Shown here piece by piece: positions 1 through 12,384 of a DNA stretch of 64,000 nucleotides. The stretch spans positions 62,001 to 126,000 of the forward strand of contig JAUCBJ010008077.1 of the NCBI GenBank assembly GCA_032718475.1. The letters run 5' to 3'. How positions within the stretch are numbered: the stretch's first letter is position 1; every line of letters starts with the position of its first letter. The DNA is from Nemertoderma westbladi (lineage: Eukaryota > Animalia > Xenacoelomorpha). Made by a program: the position numbers and the translations under genes. The notes beneath the pieces were generated by a model. The model searched no databases. It saw only the letters and a program-made list of their open reading frames with translations, and had not been told where the DNA came from.

Positions 1-659
1 TGGGATGTTATATATATGCCAAGGAATTTGACTAGGACGTGATTGATGGCTGTACTAGGGGGGGGGGGGGGGGGGGGGGGGGGGGGGCGACTTACACGGG
101 GATGGACGAAGCACTGTACCAATGGGACTCATATATATCTCGGGACAAGGGTAACAAAAATACCAACAAGGACTACTCACTGCCACTTATACACCCAAAT
201 GACAGGCACGGTTGTGAACCATTTTATACCAATGTATCAGTTGATGACTGCCCACTGACACTAGAATTATTACGAATTCTATGCAACTCATCTCCAACTC
301 ACAGAATAATACAAAATTTAATAGATAACAATCCACTTTCAGCATTACTTCTAGACAACGTACATTCTGCATTACATCAAAATTGTTACAAATTAGATTC
401 AAATAAAGAAGAAATATTACAGCGGCGTGTATCTACATTACAATCTTCTGTTACAAACAGCATCACAGAAGGTGGCCATAATTCTTCCAGATTTCGATGG
501 AATTTTAACAAGACAAGAAATTGGGGTATCACGTGTGAGGTATGTAGAAATATACTGTAGGGACGGCAGCAGACGATTTACAGGGGATATATATTGGAAT
601 TGGGGAGTCACAAAATGACGTACAGTCCAGCTCACCAACAGAGTGCCATCGGATCCGAT

Positions 660-930
660 CGGATCCAACACACTCCGACAGCTTCAAACAAGCACAATGC
701 TAACCTACGGAGAATTAGTACTGTTTGATTCTGTTGGAGAAAATATTTCCAACAAGTTTTGTCTGTTGGAGCCCATCTGAATCTGTCTGAAATCCGTCTG
801 AAAGTGTTTGAAATTTCTGTTGGATGTTGTTGGAAGCTATCTGAAGCTGTCTGAAGCTGTTTGAAATTGTCTGAAACTGTTGGAAGTTGTCTGAAGATGT
901 TTGACGCCATCGGAATTTGTTGGAATTTGC
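660..930. repeat. Subterminal 10-bp repeat array (left end)
   Basis: Units such as CTGAAGCTGT/TTGGAAGTTG/CTGAAACTGT; same family at 4585-4716. Confidence 0.8.
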
Positions 931-2690
931 CAATGCCTTACAAAAGCATAGTAGGCATACAAAATGTCAATCACTTTAACTCTCAATTTGAAGAGATTGT
1001 GCGAGGGTGTACCATTGTAAATTATAAACGGAAGATAAGATTTGTTTTACTTAATTTAATCATAACAATTTTTATTTACATAATTATATCGTTAACTATA
1101 TCAATTATTAATTAACTAGCAACCATAAAGGAATATTAAATTCCTATCATATAAATTCCGATAAATTAATATAATACCACCAACAAGTTTTTAATTACAT
1201 AAAGCATGCCGATCCTAGTAGTAGTAGTAGTAATTACATAATGTGAAATGTAAATAATGCTATATAACTATATTGATTTCTTTCACGTAGGGCACTAAAT
1301 GTATACTGTAAATAAACAGATATAAACACAAACAGATTAAGCAAACAGTATAGTAATTACAGGGAGTGAAATAAAATATTTTTGGTAAATTTTATTACTT
1401 GTGTTATTAAAAAAGCATCGAAGTAGAAAAGATTTGCATGTAATACTTCTAGCCCAACTACATATTTTCTCACGCACCTACTCCATTTGATAAAAATCTA
1501 TTCACACAATCAAAAGTTATTGTAACTTTAATGTCTACAAAGGCGTATACTCCAAAACGGAATTAATATCCAATGTTGGTTTATGTTGTTAAGCGGCTCT
1601 CTAGTTACGTAATAAATATTCAAGTACATTAAAACTATTCAACATTCTGACTCTGAGTAAGGCAGTTGAGTAAGGGAGTTCATAATTTGATTCGCAGTAA
1701 CTATGGAAGCAATATAGATATCGCTTTTATATATTATTATATAATTACGCAACTAAAAAGTACTAAAGTTAAGAATAAATTTCGTATTACATGGGAAAAA
1801 AATTGTTCAGTATTATCTCTACCCTTTATTAACCTCTAGCGCCGGGTTTCAAATCGAGAAGAATGAATTTTGATTGCTTCGAAAGTCTCCTTATCTTCAC
1901 AAGGGAGGGAGGACGCAGGGACGGGGTCCATCCAACATGGTGATATTGTGCCACATAAGAGGGGGGAGGGACAAAACGCGGCATGTTACACCTGAATGTT
2001 ATAATAATTCACACATGTACGTACACTATATTACCTGTAGAGTAGAACAGGATACTGTCTCTCCTGCGAAAAGCGAAATATATTTATCAGTATTTTGCTG
2101 TAACTTAAATAAATTGGGCCTTTTTCGAAGAAATCCTACATCCGATCATTTTGGAGCTATCCCGCCACTGCTGCTGCCATTGTGAAGTAAAAACGGAAGC
2201 TAAGATTTGTTTCATTTAATTTAATCATAACAATTTTTATTTACATAATTATATATTTTATTATATGAATTAACTTGCATGCATAAACGAATAACCTATA
2301 ATATAAATTCCTATAAATGGATATAATAACACTAACCGGAACACGATTTTAATTACGTATAGAGTTGGATCATCCTTAGTCCTGTTTAATTACTTATAAT
2401 TTATTTAATGCTATATAAATATATTAATTACTTTGACGTAGGGGTGTAGGGCACTAAATGTACTGTACATAAACAAATATAAATACCACCAGATATAGGC
2501 CTACTACAGTACAAATGTAAATATGTAAATAGAGCCAATAAACTAAACAAGTACCATATACTAAGTTGAGCCTAATTTAAGTCTAATTTATTTACTTATT
2601 TATGACGAGTGTAGGGCCTATAATGCTTGCTTATTTCTTACGCGATTCGAATGGCATAGTTCCATCACATTAACTCGCTTGTTATTATTA

Positions 2691-3638
2691 TTATTTTGTA
2701 GCTTTACGGCTTAACAGAGTGTTGGCATTATTTTGTATGCTACTCCAATTTATTTTTATGTCTTCCCCCGATTTTGGCTTACGTAACTCAAAAGTTACTT
2801 TCTTAGCCCACTTCACTCGGTTGCCATCTAATTTTGATTTATTAGAAGATTTGCCAAGGGTAACATTACCGCTTAGTTCCTCAGCGCTAAAAACTAATTG
2901 GAGCAGTTTAAAAAATAATTTGCTCCTAGTGTCTACTTCTGGTTGCATATTTACGGACTTTAGATCGTTCAATGTAATATTATACGACTCCATGGGGATG
3001 TCTGAGAGCTCGGGAAATACTTCAGGTGTCATTTCATTAATAACTACTGGACCTGGACTTACGGCACTCTCACAATTATTGTGCTCATTAGCAATCGAAG
3101 GGCTATTACGAGTAGTGCTGCTACCTGTAACTTGTTTTTCAATCCTACTACTTTGTACAAGTTCTAATAATAAAGTATGCTGTAACTGAATGTTGCTGTT
3201 TAGAGTATTAATGGCATTTGTCATGTTCATCATAATGTCATAAAGTTGGCTGGGTCCACCAAAACCGATTGTTGGTATAAGGTTGTTTGGGTTCGCAGTT
3301 GAATTAGCAGCCTGGTAAAGAAATGGATTGCCTCGCATTTGGTTTGGTGAAACAACATCTGGTGTAGCTGGGGGGCCGGCTACTCTCGGTTGTGTAGCAA
3401 CGTAGTTGGACGCTGGAGGGTCGGCTTGACTTGGTTGCGTAGCAACGTAGTTTGGCACTGGGGAGCCGGCTAGACTCGGTTGCGTAGCAACGTAGTTGGG
3501 CACTGAGGTGCCGGCTACACTCGGTTGCCTAGCAACGTAGTTTGAAGCTGGGGGGACGGCTACACTTGGTTGCGGAGCAACGTAGTTGGACGCTGGAGGG
3601 TCGGCTTGACTTGGTTGCGTAGCAACGTAGTTGGGCAC
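2691..3638 (-). CDS. BEN-domain protein with N-terminal 15-aa repeats (possibly a terminal exon)
   Basis: C-terminal KLLQLVFSAEELSGNVTLGK...KLDGNRVKWAK resembles the BEN consensus (LFSxEEL..S..G...LD..V); N-terminal NYVATQPSxAxPPAS repeats. Confidence 0.65.
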   Translation of the reverse strand: MPNYVATQPSQADPPASNYVAPQPSVAVPPASNYVARQPSVAGTSVPNYVATQPSLAGSPVPNYVATQPSQADPPASNYVATQPRVAGPPATPDVVSPNQMRGNPFLYQAANSTANPNNLIPTIGFGGPSQLYDIMMNMTNAINTLNSNIQLQHTLLLELVQSSRIEKQVTGSSTTRNSPSIANEHNNCESAVSPGPVVINEMTPEVFPELSDIPMESYNITLNDLKSVNMQPEVDTRSKLFFKLLQLVFSAEELSGNVTLGKSSNKSKLDGNRVKWAKKVTFELRKPKSGEDIKINWSSIQNNANTLLSRKATK

Positions 3639-3660
3639 TGGGGTGTCGGATACACTCGGT
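3385..3660. repeat. 45-bp coding tandem repeat, ~6 copies
   Basis: AACGTAGTT recurs at 3399, 3444, 3489, 3534, 3579 and 3624. Confidence 0.9.
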
Positions 3661-4584
3661 TAAACTGGACGCTAGTGTCCTTGCATGATTTCACGTGACA
3701 ACCATAATTTAATGTAATCAATGTATATCCGCCATTGGCATTGCCCTACTGTTGTGATGAAAAAGGTAGACCTAATCACGCCAAATACTAATTAAAATAA
3801 TGTCTTAAAAACTAAATTGTATTCATTCATACATAGGCTATGTAGCCAAATAAAGCAGAGCGCACAATTACATAGTAATTGACGAAACAAAAACAAAACT
3901 AGAACAGAGCAACTTGTAGATACATAATAAACCACATAGATTTAGAAATAAGCACAAAGCTAATAAGTGTACACGATATTAACTGTAGAGGAGGGTACTG
4001 TCTCCTCTCCTGCGCAACTCAAAATCTAATCATGAGTATTTTTTTACTGTAACTCGTAACTCAAACAAAATGGGCCTTTTTCGAAGAAATCCTACATGGG
4101 CACATTTTGGTCTTTGGAGTTAACCGGGCTAGATAGAAGGCTTGGCTCATTGGAAGTGTATTTCGGTAAAGCTCTATAGTATGGCTCTGTTTAAAGCATA
4201 CCCCGGAGAAGATGACAGACATTAGCATGGGAACACGAACACACCATATTATCCATCCCCTATTCATATCAATGGTAGCCAGCTTGTCTTTCCCCCACTG
4301 GGGGTAGACCATTGGCTAGCTTTATGCTATTGTGTTATACAGAGACAGCGGCAGGATAAAGAGAAATACCGACCTCGCTAATAATGGGCTGGTCCCACAG
4401 GTCAGTTAAAGGTAGGTGGTACAGTAGGTACTACAGTTTGCATGTTCAAGGGCGCCAGTCCCTATTCGCTAGCCCAGTCTGCCATGGAATTCATGTAATA
4501 CATTCAGACGCTTTGACTCTTATAGTATCCTAGCGTACAGGAAGTTGTGAGTTCAGTGTGGTTAGGGTGGGTGGAGTGATTGAC

Positions 4585-4716
4585 AGGTTGTTGGAAGTTG
4601 TCTGATTCTGTTTGAATCTATCTGAAATTGTTTGAAGCTGTCTGAATCTGTTGGAAGTTGTCGGACTGTTGGAGTTTGTTGGAAAGTGTTTGAAGCTGTT
4701 GGATCCGATCGGTTCA
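4585..4716. repeat. Subterminal 10-bp repeat array (right end)
   Basis: TTGGAAGTTG/TTGAAGCTGT-type units adjoining the right TIR. Confidence 0.8.
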
Positions 4717-4756
4717 GATCGGATCCGATGGCACTCTGTTGGTGAGCTGGACTGTA

Positions 4757-5580
4757 GTTGTTCAAAATGAAACTTATTACCTTCAGTGTATCAGTAACTT
4801 GCAAGGTCTCATATTTAAATGGGGCGAAACATTTTCATTCCAGGACACAGTGGGAACAAAATATTTAAACAATAATATACAGCGATCCAATATCTTTACT
4901 CACTTTTCATTTCTCATTTTATCGAAAAAAACACAACATCAAAACTTAATAACAAAGCATAAACAAATGTCACAATATGCCGGACAAAATATTCTAAAAT
5001 GTTGTTTCCACCCTCAGTTTCACCTCATCCATCAGCACTTAGTGAGTCATTCAATGTGCTGGAAAATAGACTGCACCTCCTGTACCACAAGATAGAGATG
5101 TCTGTGGGGTCTACCGTACGAACATTGTGATGTCGGACTCTGCTACCAGCACGGATCTGCCACCATAAATAACGGAACGGAAACCTTTGTTGGAAATCCT
5201 CCAACATATTCCCCTCCTGACTCGAATCCCAAAATGGAAGTTGATGAGATCAACGATGAGGAAATTGTAGTGGACCCACTGGATCAATTCGGGGATCCTG
5301 AGGAAGACCTCGAAGTGGATTTGGAGTATGTGGCGCAACACCTCAGAGTTGTTGGTACCCACGCACTGCATGATGACATATCCATGTTGTATTCCAGTCA
5401 GAATGTCCTTGTGTATGATGTAGCCATAACCACCCGGGTGCACATCCTACTCAATGAATATCAGGGTATTTTACGTAGGAAATACGCCACACACAAACAC
5501 GCCAATTTCAACCGCCTACTGAGTCAGTCACATTACTTCACTAAGTGCTGATGTAAGTGTCCCATTGCTATTTCCCGAGG
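4757..5580 (+). pseudogene. Degraded ORF upstream of Helitron-like Rep (continues from 100-622 and resumes at 10527)
   Basis: ORF fragments 4739-5095 and 5234-5551. Reading ...VPLLFPE|A.. continues across the Gypsy insertion. Confidence 0.4.
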
Positions 5581-5771
5581 TGTAGTGATATATATTTAGA
5601 TAAATATAGCCCAATCTAGGTCGTGAAGAAAGGAAGTACTGTAGCAAGTATGTAGGAAGTAGCAGTGTAGTAAGAATTTATTGGTATTACAGTATTATAT
5701 AAAGAACTATTGATTATAAGATCTCATTATATTCTTATTAACTACCAACAACGGGATTGGGGAAGATTACA
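5581..5771 (+). repeat. Gypsy 5' LTR
   Basis: TGTAGTGATA...GATTACA; matches 10361-10526. Confidence 0.95.
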
Positions 5772-5773
5772 AA

Positions 5774-5791
5774 TGGTGACCCAGACGAGAT
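5774..5791 (+). promoter_or_regulatory. Primer-binding site, tRNA-Trp type
   Basis: TGGTGACCCAGACGAGAT versus the tRNA-Trp 3'-end complement TGGTGACCCCGACGTGAT (recalled; 2 mismatches). Confidence 0.8.
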
Positions 5792-5961
5792 CGTAAATGC
5801 AGAATCGTGAATGTCAGACTTACATTAACATCATTACAGAATTCAAGCTATCTACGTTTAGGATACCCGGTACAGAGAGTACCGGTACTGTAATCCAGGT
5901 ACACTTCATGAAGTAGTAGGACTACCTGACTACCATTCAGCCACGCGTAAATTCAATCACG

Positions 5962-7135
5962 ATGCCGGTAGATATTCATAGTTTAAATAAGAAAACTCTT
6001 GAACTCATTTTAGAAGTTCTCTACCAAAATGACCCCAATTTCACTATGCCAGCAACAAAGGCAGAAATCGAGACACAGTTGAGGGGCGAAAATCAAAACG
6101 CCGTACAGTTGGCCTATAACCACCTTCAACATACGCAACTAGCGGGTGCTGTTATGGGAAACTTTCCTTTGACTACAAACGAAACGCGAGTTCCACAAAC
6201 AATTAAACTCCCGGTGTTTTACGAGAAGGATATGCTAGTTTGGTTCGAACAAATAGAACAAATCTTAGAAGGTTCTCTGGAGACCGTTATGAAGAACAGT
6301 TTACTTCGCGTTCTCCCGACAAACGTGATATTCGACAGTGGAGCAAATGTGACTGATACATCCCACATCATAAAAAATTTGGTAATTAATTACGCGGATG
6401 ACAGCGGATAATAGACGATTAAAGAAACTATTAAAGGATCAACAGTTGGGCGATAGAAAGCCGTCTGTTGCTCTTAGACAACTAGAGCGGTTGGCGCCTA
6501 ATAACGAAAACTTAGTACGTCTACGATTTCTGTTTCGGTTGTCGGGCCAAAACGGAGATTTCCCACTTCTACTGCGATTCCGATCTCGTCCTTCGCGTGA
6601 AAACGAACGTGAACGATTGTATTGAGGCTTGATACTTGCTTGTAAAGCATTAACAGACACAGTTAATTATAATATTTGGTCTGCGATCGCTCTTTCCCAG
6701 TCGTGTTTTACTGGACTTTCCGGCATTTTATCAACACTACCGGAAGTGGAGACTTGGTTAACCGAATTCCATGGTGTAGATCCACTCATTTGTTCCATCG
6801 ATCCGCAATTTCCGCGATTTTGTCATTGGGTATACCATCGACAGAAACCAAGGCTAAACGTACCGGCTCCAGAAGTATTTCCAGAAATCGTAGACGTTCT
6901 AAGTTTTCGTTATTAGGTGCCAACCGCTCTAGTTGCCTAAGAGCAACGGACGGCTTTCTATTGCCCAAGTGTTGATCCTTTAATAGTTTGTAATCTAGAT
7001 ATGGATCGTTTGACCCCGAGGGACGATTCTGTTGGTTCCATTGGCGATTTGGAAGAGTCTAGGAAGTGCGGTGATCCCTCTAAGTGTTCTTGGGATAAAC
7101 CGGATAATTCAAACAACCAGCAGTCGGGAAACTAA
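5962..7135 (+). pseudogene. gag: Gypsy gag, disrupted by a stop and an internal inversion
   Basis: KLPVFYEKDMLVWFEQIE; LGDRKPSVALRQL; CWFHWRFG knuckle near 7040; ends SGN* at 7133-7135. Segment ~6533-6989 is inverted. Confidence 0.85.
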
Positions 7136-7170
7136 AAAACTCCAACGGCAAGGCGGTTGACGGTGGAGTA
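7126..7170 (+). promoter_or_regulatory. -1 ribosomal frameshift signal (gag-pol)
   Basis: Slippery heptamer GGGAAAC (7126-7132) just before the gag TAA, followed by stem ACTCCA...TGGAGT. Confidence 0.65.
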
Positions 7171-10100
7171 AACTCGTTATATATAACCGTCGTACCAGTA
7201 GGAGAATGTTTAGCTGATAGTGGTAGCGAGGCAAGTTGTTTACCTCTAAGTTATGCTTCCACAAATATGAAAAAAATTCCCCCATATTTAAATTTAAAAG
7301 CGGCTAACAAAACTGAAATTAATAGTTTGGGAATTAGAAAAATTTATTTTAAAATTCCAGAATTAAATAATAGTGAATATTCCTGGGAATTTTATGTGTG
7401 CGATGTATCACAGCCAATTTTAGGAGCTGATCTTTTAAAACACAATCAACTTTTGGTGGATTGTGTAAATGATAGAATATTTCCATTATCCTGAGTTAAA
7501 GCACCGCCTGGAAAATGTAATGCAAACCACAATAAGAAAACAAACAAACATACTAATCCTGAACCATCTGTACAGAGGATTACTGTAGAAAATCCTGTGT
7601 ACTACAATAAAGTTTTGGACATATTAAATAATTACCCCGAATTATTTACCCCAATTGACGTGAAAGAACCTGTAAAACATAATATTGAGCATAATATTTT
7701 GACCAAAGGACCCCCAGCTTATTCTAAACCTCGTCGTTTATTTGGTTCACGTTTAGATATAGCCAAAGAAACTTTTAAAAAATGTGAAGAACAAGGTGTG
7801 TGTTACCATGGAGAGTCTGAATATGCAACTCCCCTTCATATGGCTCCCCAACCAAATTCGACGAGTACACCATGGAGAGCCTGTGGTGATTTTCTTTGTT
7901 TAAATGCACAAACTATTCCTGACCAATATCCGATGCCCAATTTAAATGATTTGACAAGTAATTTACATGGATGTACAATATTTTCAAAATTAGATTTGAC
8001 AGCTGCCTATACGCAAATTCCAATTGCAAAGGTTGACCAACCAAAAGCAGCAGTTGTAACTCCTTTTGGCTTATTTATTTTCAAAAGAATGCCTTATGGT
8101 TTACGGAATGCTTCAAAAACTTTTCAAAGACTGATGGATTCTGTGTTACAGGATACACCATATACATGGGTTTACCTTGATGATGTCCTAGTTTCAAGTA
8201 AATCGTGTGAAGAACATCTAAAACATTTAAAGAGCGTTCTCAGTAAATTAGCTGAATTCGGCCTGAAATTAAAGCCTGAAAAGTGCAAATTTTTCTGTAC
8301 AGGTATAAAATTTGTTGGTGTCTGGATTTCGGCTGATGGAATAAAACCACTTCCAGAACAAATAGACGCAATTTCTAAATTTGAAAGACCAGTTACCACA
8401 AAGTCATTGAAAAGGTTCCTCGGAATGTGTGGATTTTACCACAAATTTGTTCCACATTTTTCAGGCACTGCTACTCCATTAACTGATATGACTAGAGTAA
8501 AAGGTAAAAATAACACAAAACTGGAATGGACAGAAAAATCTATAGACGCATTCAATAAATTGAAAGACGTATTACGAAATTCTGTTACTTTAGCTTTTCC
8601 ACGATCAAACACTAAGTTGGAGTTGGCAACTGATGCATCCGATGCAGCAGCAGGTGCTGTGTTGCATCAGGTTGCGGTTAATAATGTCAAGGAACCAGTA
8701 GCATTCTTTTCAGCTAAATTTACGGCTACTGAATCTCGAAAATCGACTTTCGATCGCGAGTTATTATCTGTCTATATGGCTTTGAAACATTTTAAATGGT
8801 TAATGGGAACAGATTTTGAAATTAAAACCGATCATAAATCATTGGTATATGCATTAAATATGAAAAATCCTACACCTCAGCAGGCGAGATGGTTATCATA
8901 CATTTCGGAATTCGATTGTAATATTTCTCATGTATCTGGTAGTTTAAACTTTGTGGCCGATGCATTATCCAAAAGTACAGCTGCTGTAACTGTAGAGTTT
9001 GATAAAACACTGGCTGAAAGTCAGGCAAGAGATACGGATCTAATAAAGTATTTACAAAAAACTTCTTTACCAACGATGGAATTTCGAATTGGAGATTTCA
9101 GTATATGGTGTGATGCCAGAAATAAATACTTACGGCCATATGTTCCAACTACAATGAGATATCAAATCTTTAAACAACTCCATGAATTGGCTCATACTGG
9201 TAATAACGCTACTCTTAAATTGATATCGGATAAATATATTTGGCCTGGAATCAGGAAGGATGTGCAAAAATGTGTAAAGAATGCCTACGTTGCCAGCAGT
9301 GCAAAGTAATAAGACATACAAAAGCTCGAGTGGGAACAATTCCGACGACTGGACGTTTTCAAACAATACATATCGACATTGTTGGCCCTCTACCACCTTC
9401 CAAAGGAAATCAATATCTAGTAACAATGATAGATAGATTCACCAGATGGCCAGAAGCTGTCCCTACAAGTCGAATAGACGCAGAAATTGTAGCAAAAGTG
9501 CTAATAAATACATGGATTACTAGATTTGGAGTTCCAAGAGAATTGATCTCGGACAGGGGTACTCAGTTTGAATCTCAAGTATGGTCTGAGGTAATGAAAT
9601 TATTAGGAATACAACGTTCTAGAACAACCAGCTATCACCCACAGTGTAATGGGGCTATAGAAAGATGGCATCAAACTCTAAAGAATGCATTACGAACTCA
9701 CACGGAGAAAACTCAAAGCTGGTCGGATTCACTACCATTAATAATGTTGGGACTGAGATCTAGTTTAGCAAATGATGAGGGATACAGCCCAACACAATTA
9801 GTTTATGGTGGAACAGTAGACTTACCTCAACAATATGTCATACCAACGAACTCTGAAAGAGATATAGATAACTTTCCGAAATTCATGGAGGACCTGATGA
9901 AATCAGTGAACTCGTTTGCAATTCCAGAAAGAAAACACAATAAACCATCATATATTCCTGCTTATATGGACTCGGTGAAACAGGTGTGGCTAAGAAAGGA
10001 ACGCCGCAAGTCATCCTTAAGTGATCGTTATACCGGGCCATACAAAATACAAGAAAGAGATAATAAAACTGTGACCATTGAAATAAATGGAAAACTCCAG

Positions 10101-10304
10101 AAAGTATCCATAGATCATACAAAACCAGCATTTATTGCTAATCAAGACACCGAAATAAATGATTTCACAGCCAAATTACTTCCATCCAAAACTAAAAGTA
10201 ATATATTGACCAATGATAGTAATAAATTCTTGGGAAATTCATCCCAAAATATTCCTTCACAAACGAGATCTGGTCGAGTGTACAATAAAGTTAATTTTAA
10301 TTAA
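7136..10304 (+). pseudogene. pol: Gypsy pol (protease, RT, RNase H, integrase) with one stop and one frameshift
   Basis: CLADSGSEAS protease ~7210; TGA 7492; RT YLDD and RNase H TDASD in ORF 7597-9309; frameshift ~9270; integrase HIDIVGP/SDRGTQF/GAIERWH plus GPY in ORF 9240-10304. Confidence 0.95.
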
Positions 10305-10360
10305 ATAAAAATGAAATATTTTCAATATAAATGACGCTCCGCGTTTGATCAGAGGGGTAT

Positions 10361-10526
10361 TGTAGTGATATATATTTAGATAAAGAAAGGAAGTACTGTA
10401 GTACGGGTAGGAAGTAGCAGTGTAGTAATAATTTATTAGTATTACAGTATTATATAAAGAACTATTGATTATAAGATCTCATTATATTCTTATTAACTAC
10501 CAACAATGGGATTGGGGAAGATTACA
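10361..10526 (+). repeat. Gypsy 3' LTR
   Basis: Copy of the 5' LTR, 25 bp shorter, with several substitutions. Confidence 0.95.
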
Positions 10527-11606
10527 CGAGGCCTTTTAATTTCCCCTTATTTATTATTTTGCCAGGGAGGATATTTCTATATTAGGTGCACTCCCTTCAG
10601 TTCTATATTCTAATAGAAATCAAAACAAGCGTGGTCCCGCTTCTCTCTCCGACCACCTGGAGATACAATTACGGGGTGGGAGTGTAACATCAAAAGTACT
10701 TGCTTATTTAGATTTTACATTCGATATTTTCCTCAACATGCAACTCAATAACAACTCTGCATCCTTAGTACTAAACCACAGTCTATAATTTTTAAACTTA
10801 AATAAAGTAAGTATTTGGATGAGGGAAAATAAATTAAACTTCAGCGAGATCAATTCTCGAAAAAAGTTCAACGAACTGGCCACTCTGACTAAGGACGGAC
10901 CCTGGACCTACTTTATTACATTGACTTGTAATGGCAGTGAGACACCCGGTGTGGCGCCCTTTACCAACTCCATCAAATGTAAATACGGCCATACAGAGGA
11001 CTACAAGTTTCAACTTGTTCGATGGGGTGTTGTATTGCTCAGGTGTGGGTGCGCACCGTACATTACATACTGCATTGGCTGCGGTTCAGCAAAGAGCAAC
11101 TTGCGGATATGTAAAAAACTTGTGGTCCAGGTTCGAGTTCCAAGACCACAAGGTCATAGGGAACAAGCCAAATGTACATATGGTTATAACATTATTTCCA
11201 GAGCACGTCAATGTGTCACTATCTAGAATCTGCCGCCAATCTAAAAGTTTATTTCATGGGAGTTTCAGAACTGATTTAGATGATCTTATTGGGGAAGGAC
11301 TAGGACGAGACTTGCGGGACAAAAACAATTTTCTAAATCAGTTACAATTTTTACAAACGCACAGCTGTAACAGTAAATTTGGAAAACCCATTTGCATATA
11401 TGCCAAATATCCGGAATCAGGGGTTTCCAAATTTATTCCAAAGGAAAATCTGTATTGCTGGGTCGTATCAGTACGCTGCTATGGCTAACGAATTCTTCAT
11501 CCCAACAATACCTCGGCTCTTTGTGTTAATTCACGCCTGTACAAACGTCCTTACTAAGCTTACCGAACGTTGGTTGTTACACCTGCAACAATGGCCTCAA
11601 AAATAA
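10527..11606 (+). pseudogene. Helitron-like HUH Rep domain remnant
   Basis: TYFITLTCN (motif 1), RFEFQ...GNKPNVHMVI (degenerate HUH motif 2) and LQTHSCNSK, spread over frameshifted ORFs. Confidence 0.65.
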
Positions 11607-12384
11607 ATGTAGGACGCGTAACGTGGTATACCAGATCGCCTGCAACCTGACCAATCACCCCTTTCAATTGATGGAAAGGAGCAGGTATATTTTTACTACC
11701 AAAATGTACCCTTTGCCTTATATTGAGGTACATTTTTGGCTGGGTAAGTATTAACCAGGGTACATTTTCACTTGTTCCCTTCAATTTTGGACATATTATA
11801 TTTATATTTATTAATATTATATTGTTTCATATATTGGCATAGTCCATGAATTTAGACCCTACTCATACTCAGGTATGGATTATTCCATGATTACCCTCAT
11901 TGATTGTTCATCCTCATGATTACCATTAGCAAAATTATATAATTTTAGGCCTATATACTGATTTCTTAATTAATATATATTAAACCTCTCTATACCTCTC
12001 AACTGCATTAATTTCATTAAATATATCTTCAATAAAATCTTCAATAAATATTAATTTCTTTAATATTGTCAATATCTATTTAATACAACCTTAACTGATT
12101 ATTTTCTTTGATCTACGAATGTTATCCACTCAACTGCAATAATTTCATTCACTCAATTTCTATATCAATCTCTATTTACTTTGATCTACGAATTGTTCTA
12201 CGAATTTTATCAACTCAACTGCAATATTTGCATTCTTCTATAAATATTATTTCTTCGATATACTCAATTTCTACATCAATCTGTATTATCTTTGATCTAT
12301 GAATTGTTCTATTATTGTTCTATCACCTCAACTGCAATTTGATTTATTATTTCTTTTTTCACTCTCCACTCTTTCTTATCTAAT

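Larger units (their letters stand above)
623..4754. mobile_element. Non-autonomous TIR DNA transposon with TA target duplication, carrying a BEN-domain ORF
   Basis: Perfect 38-bp TIRs CAGTCCAGCTCACCAACAGAGTGCCATCGGATCCGATC (623-660 and 4717-4754), with TA on both sides (621-622, 4755-4756). Excision restores the flanking frame ...QNDV|VVQNETYYLQC. No transposase seen. Confidence 0.85.
5581..10526 (+). mobile_element. Gypsy/Ty3 LTR retrotransposon, full length, decayed
   Basis: TG..CA LTRs; 5-bp TSD CGAGG (5576-5580, 10527-10531); PBS; PPT AGAGGGG 10351-10357; domain order PR-RT-RH-IN. Confidence 0.97.

Noticed and set aside
58-87. Long G/C homopolymers (also ~15955, 18421-18493, 25861, 47742, 51719, 53252)
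   Set aside because: Common slippage products or sequencing noise; they create spurious poly-Gly/Pro ORFs.
632-933. Gln/Ser-rich ORFs in the subterminal arrays
   Set aside because: Translations of 10-bp repeats, not genes.
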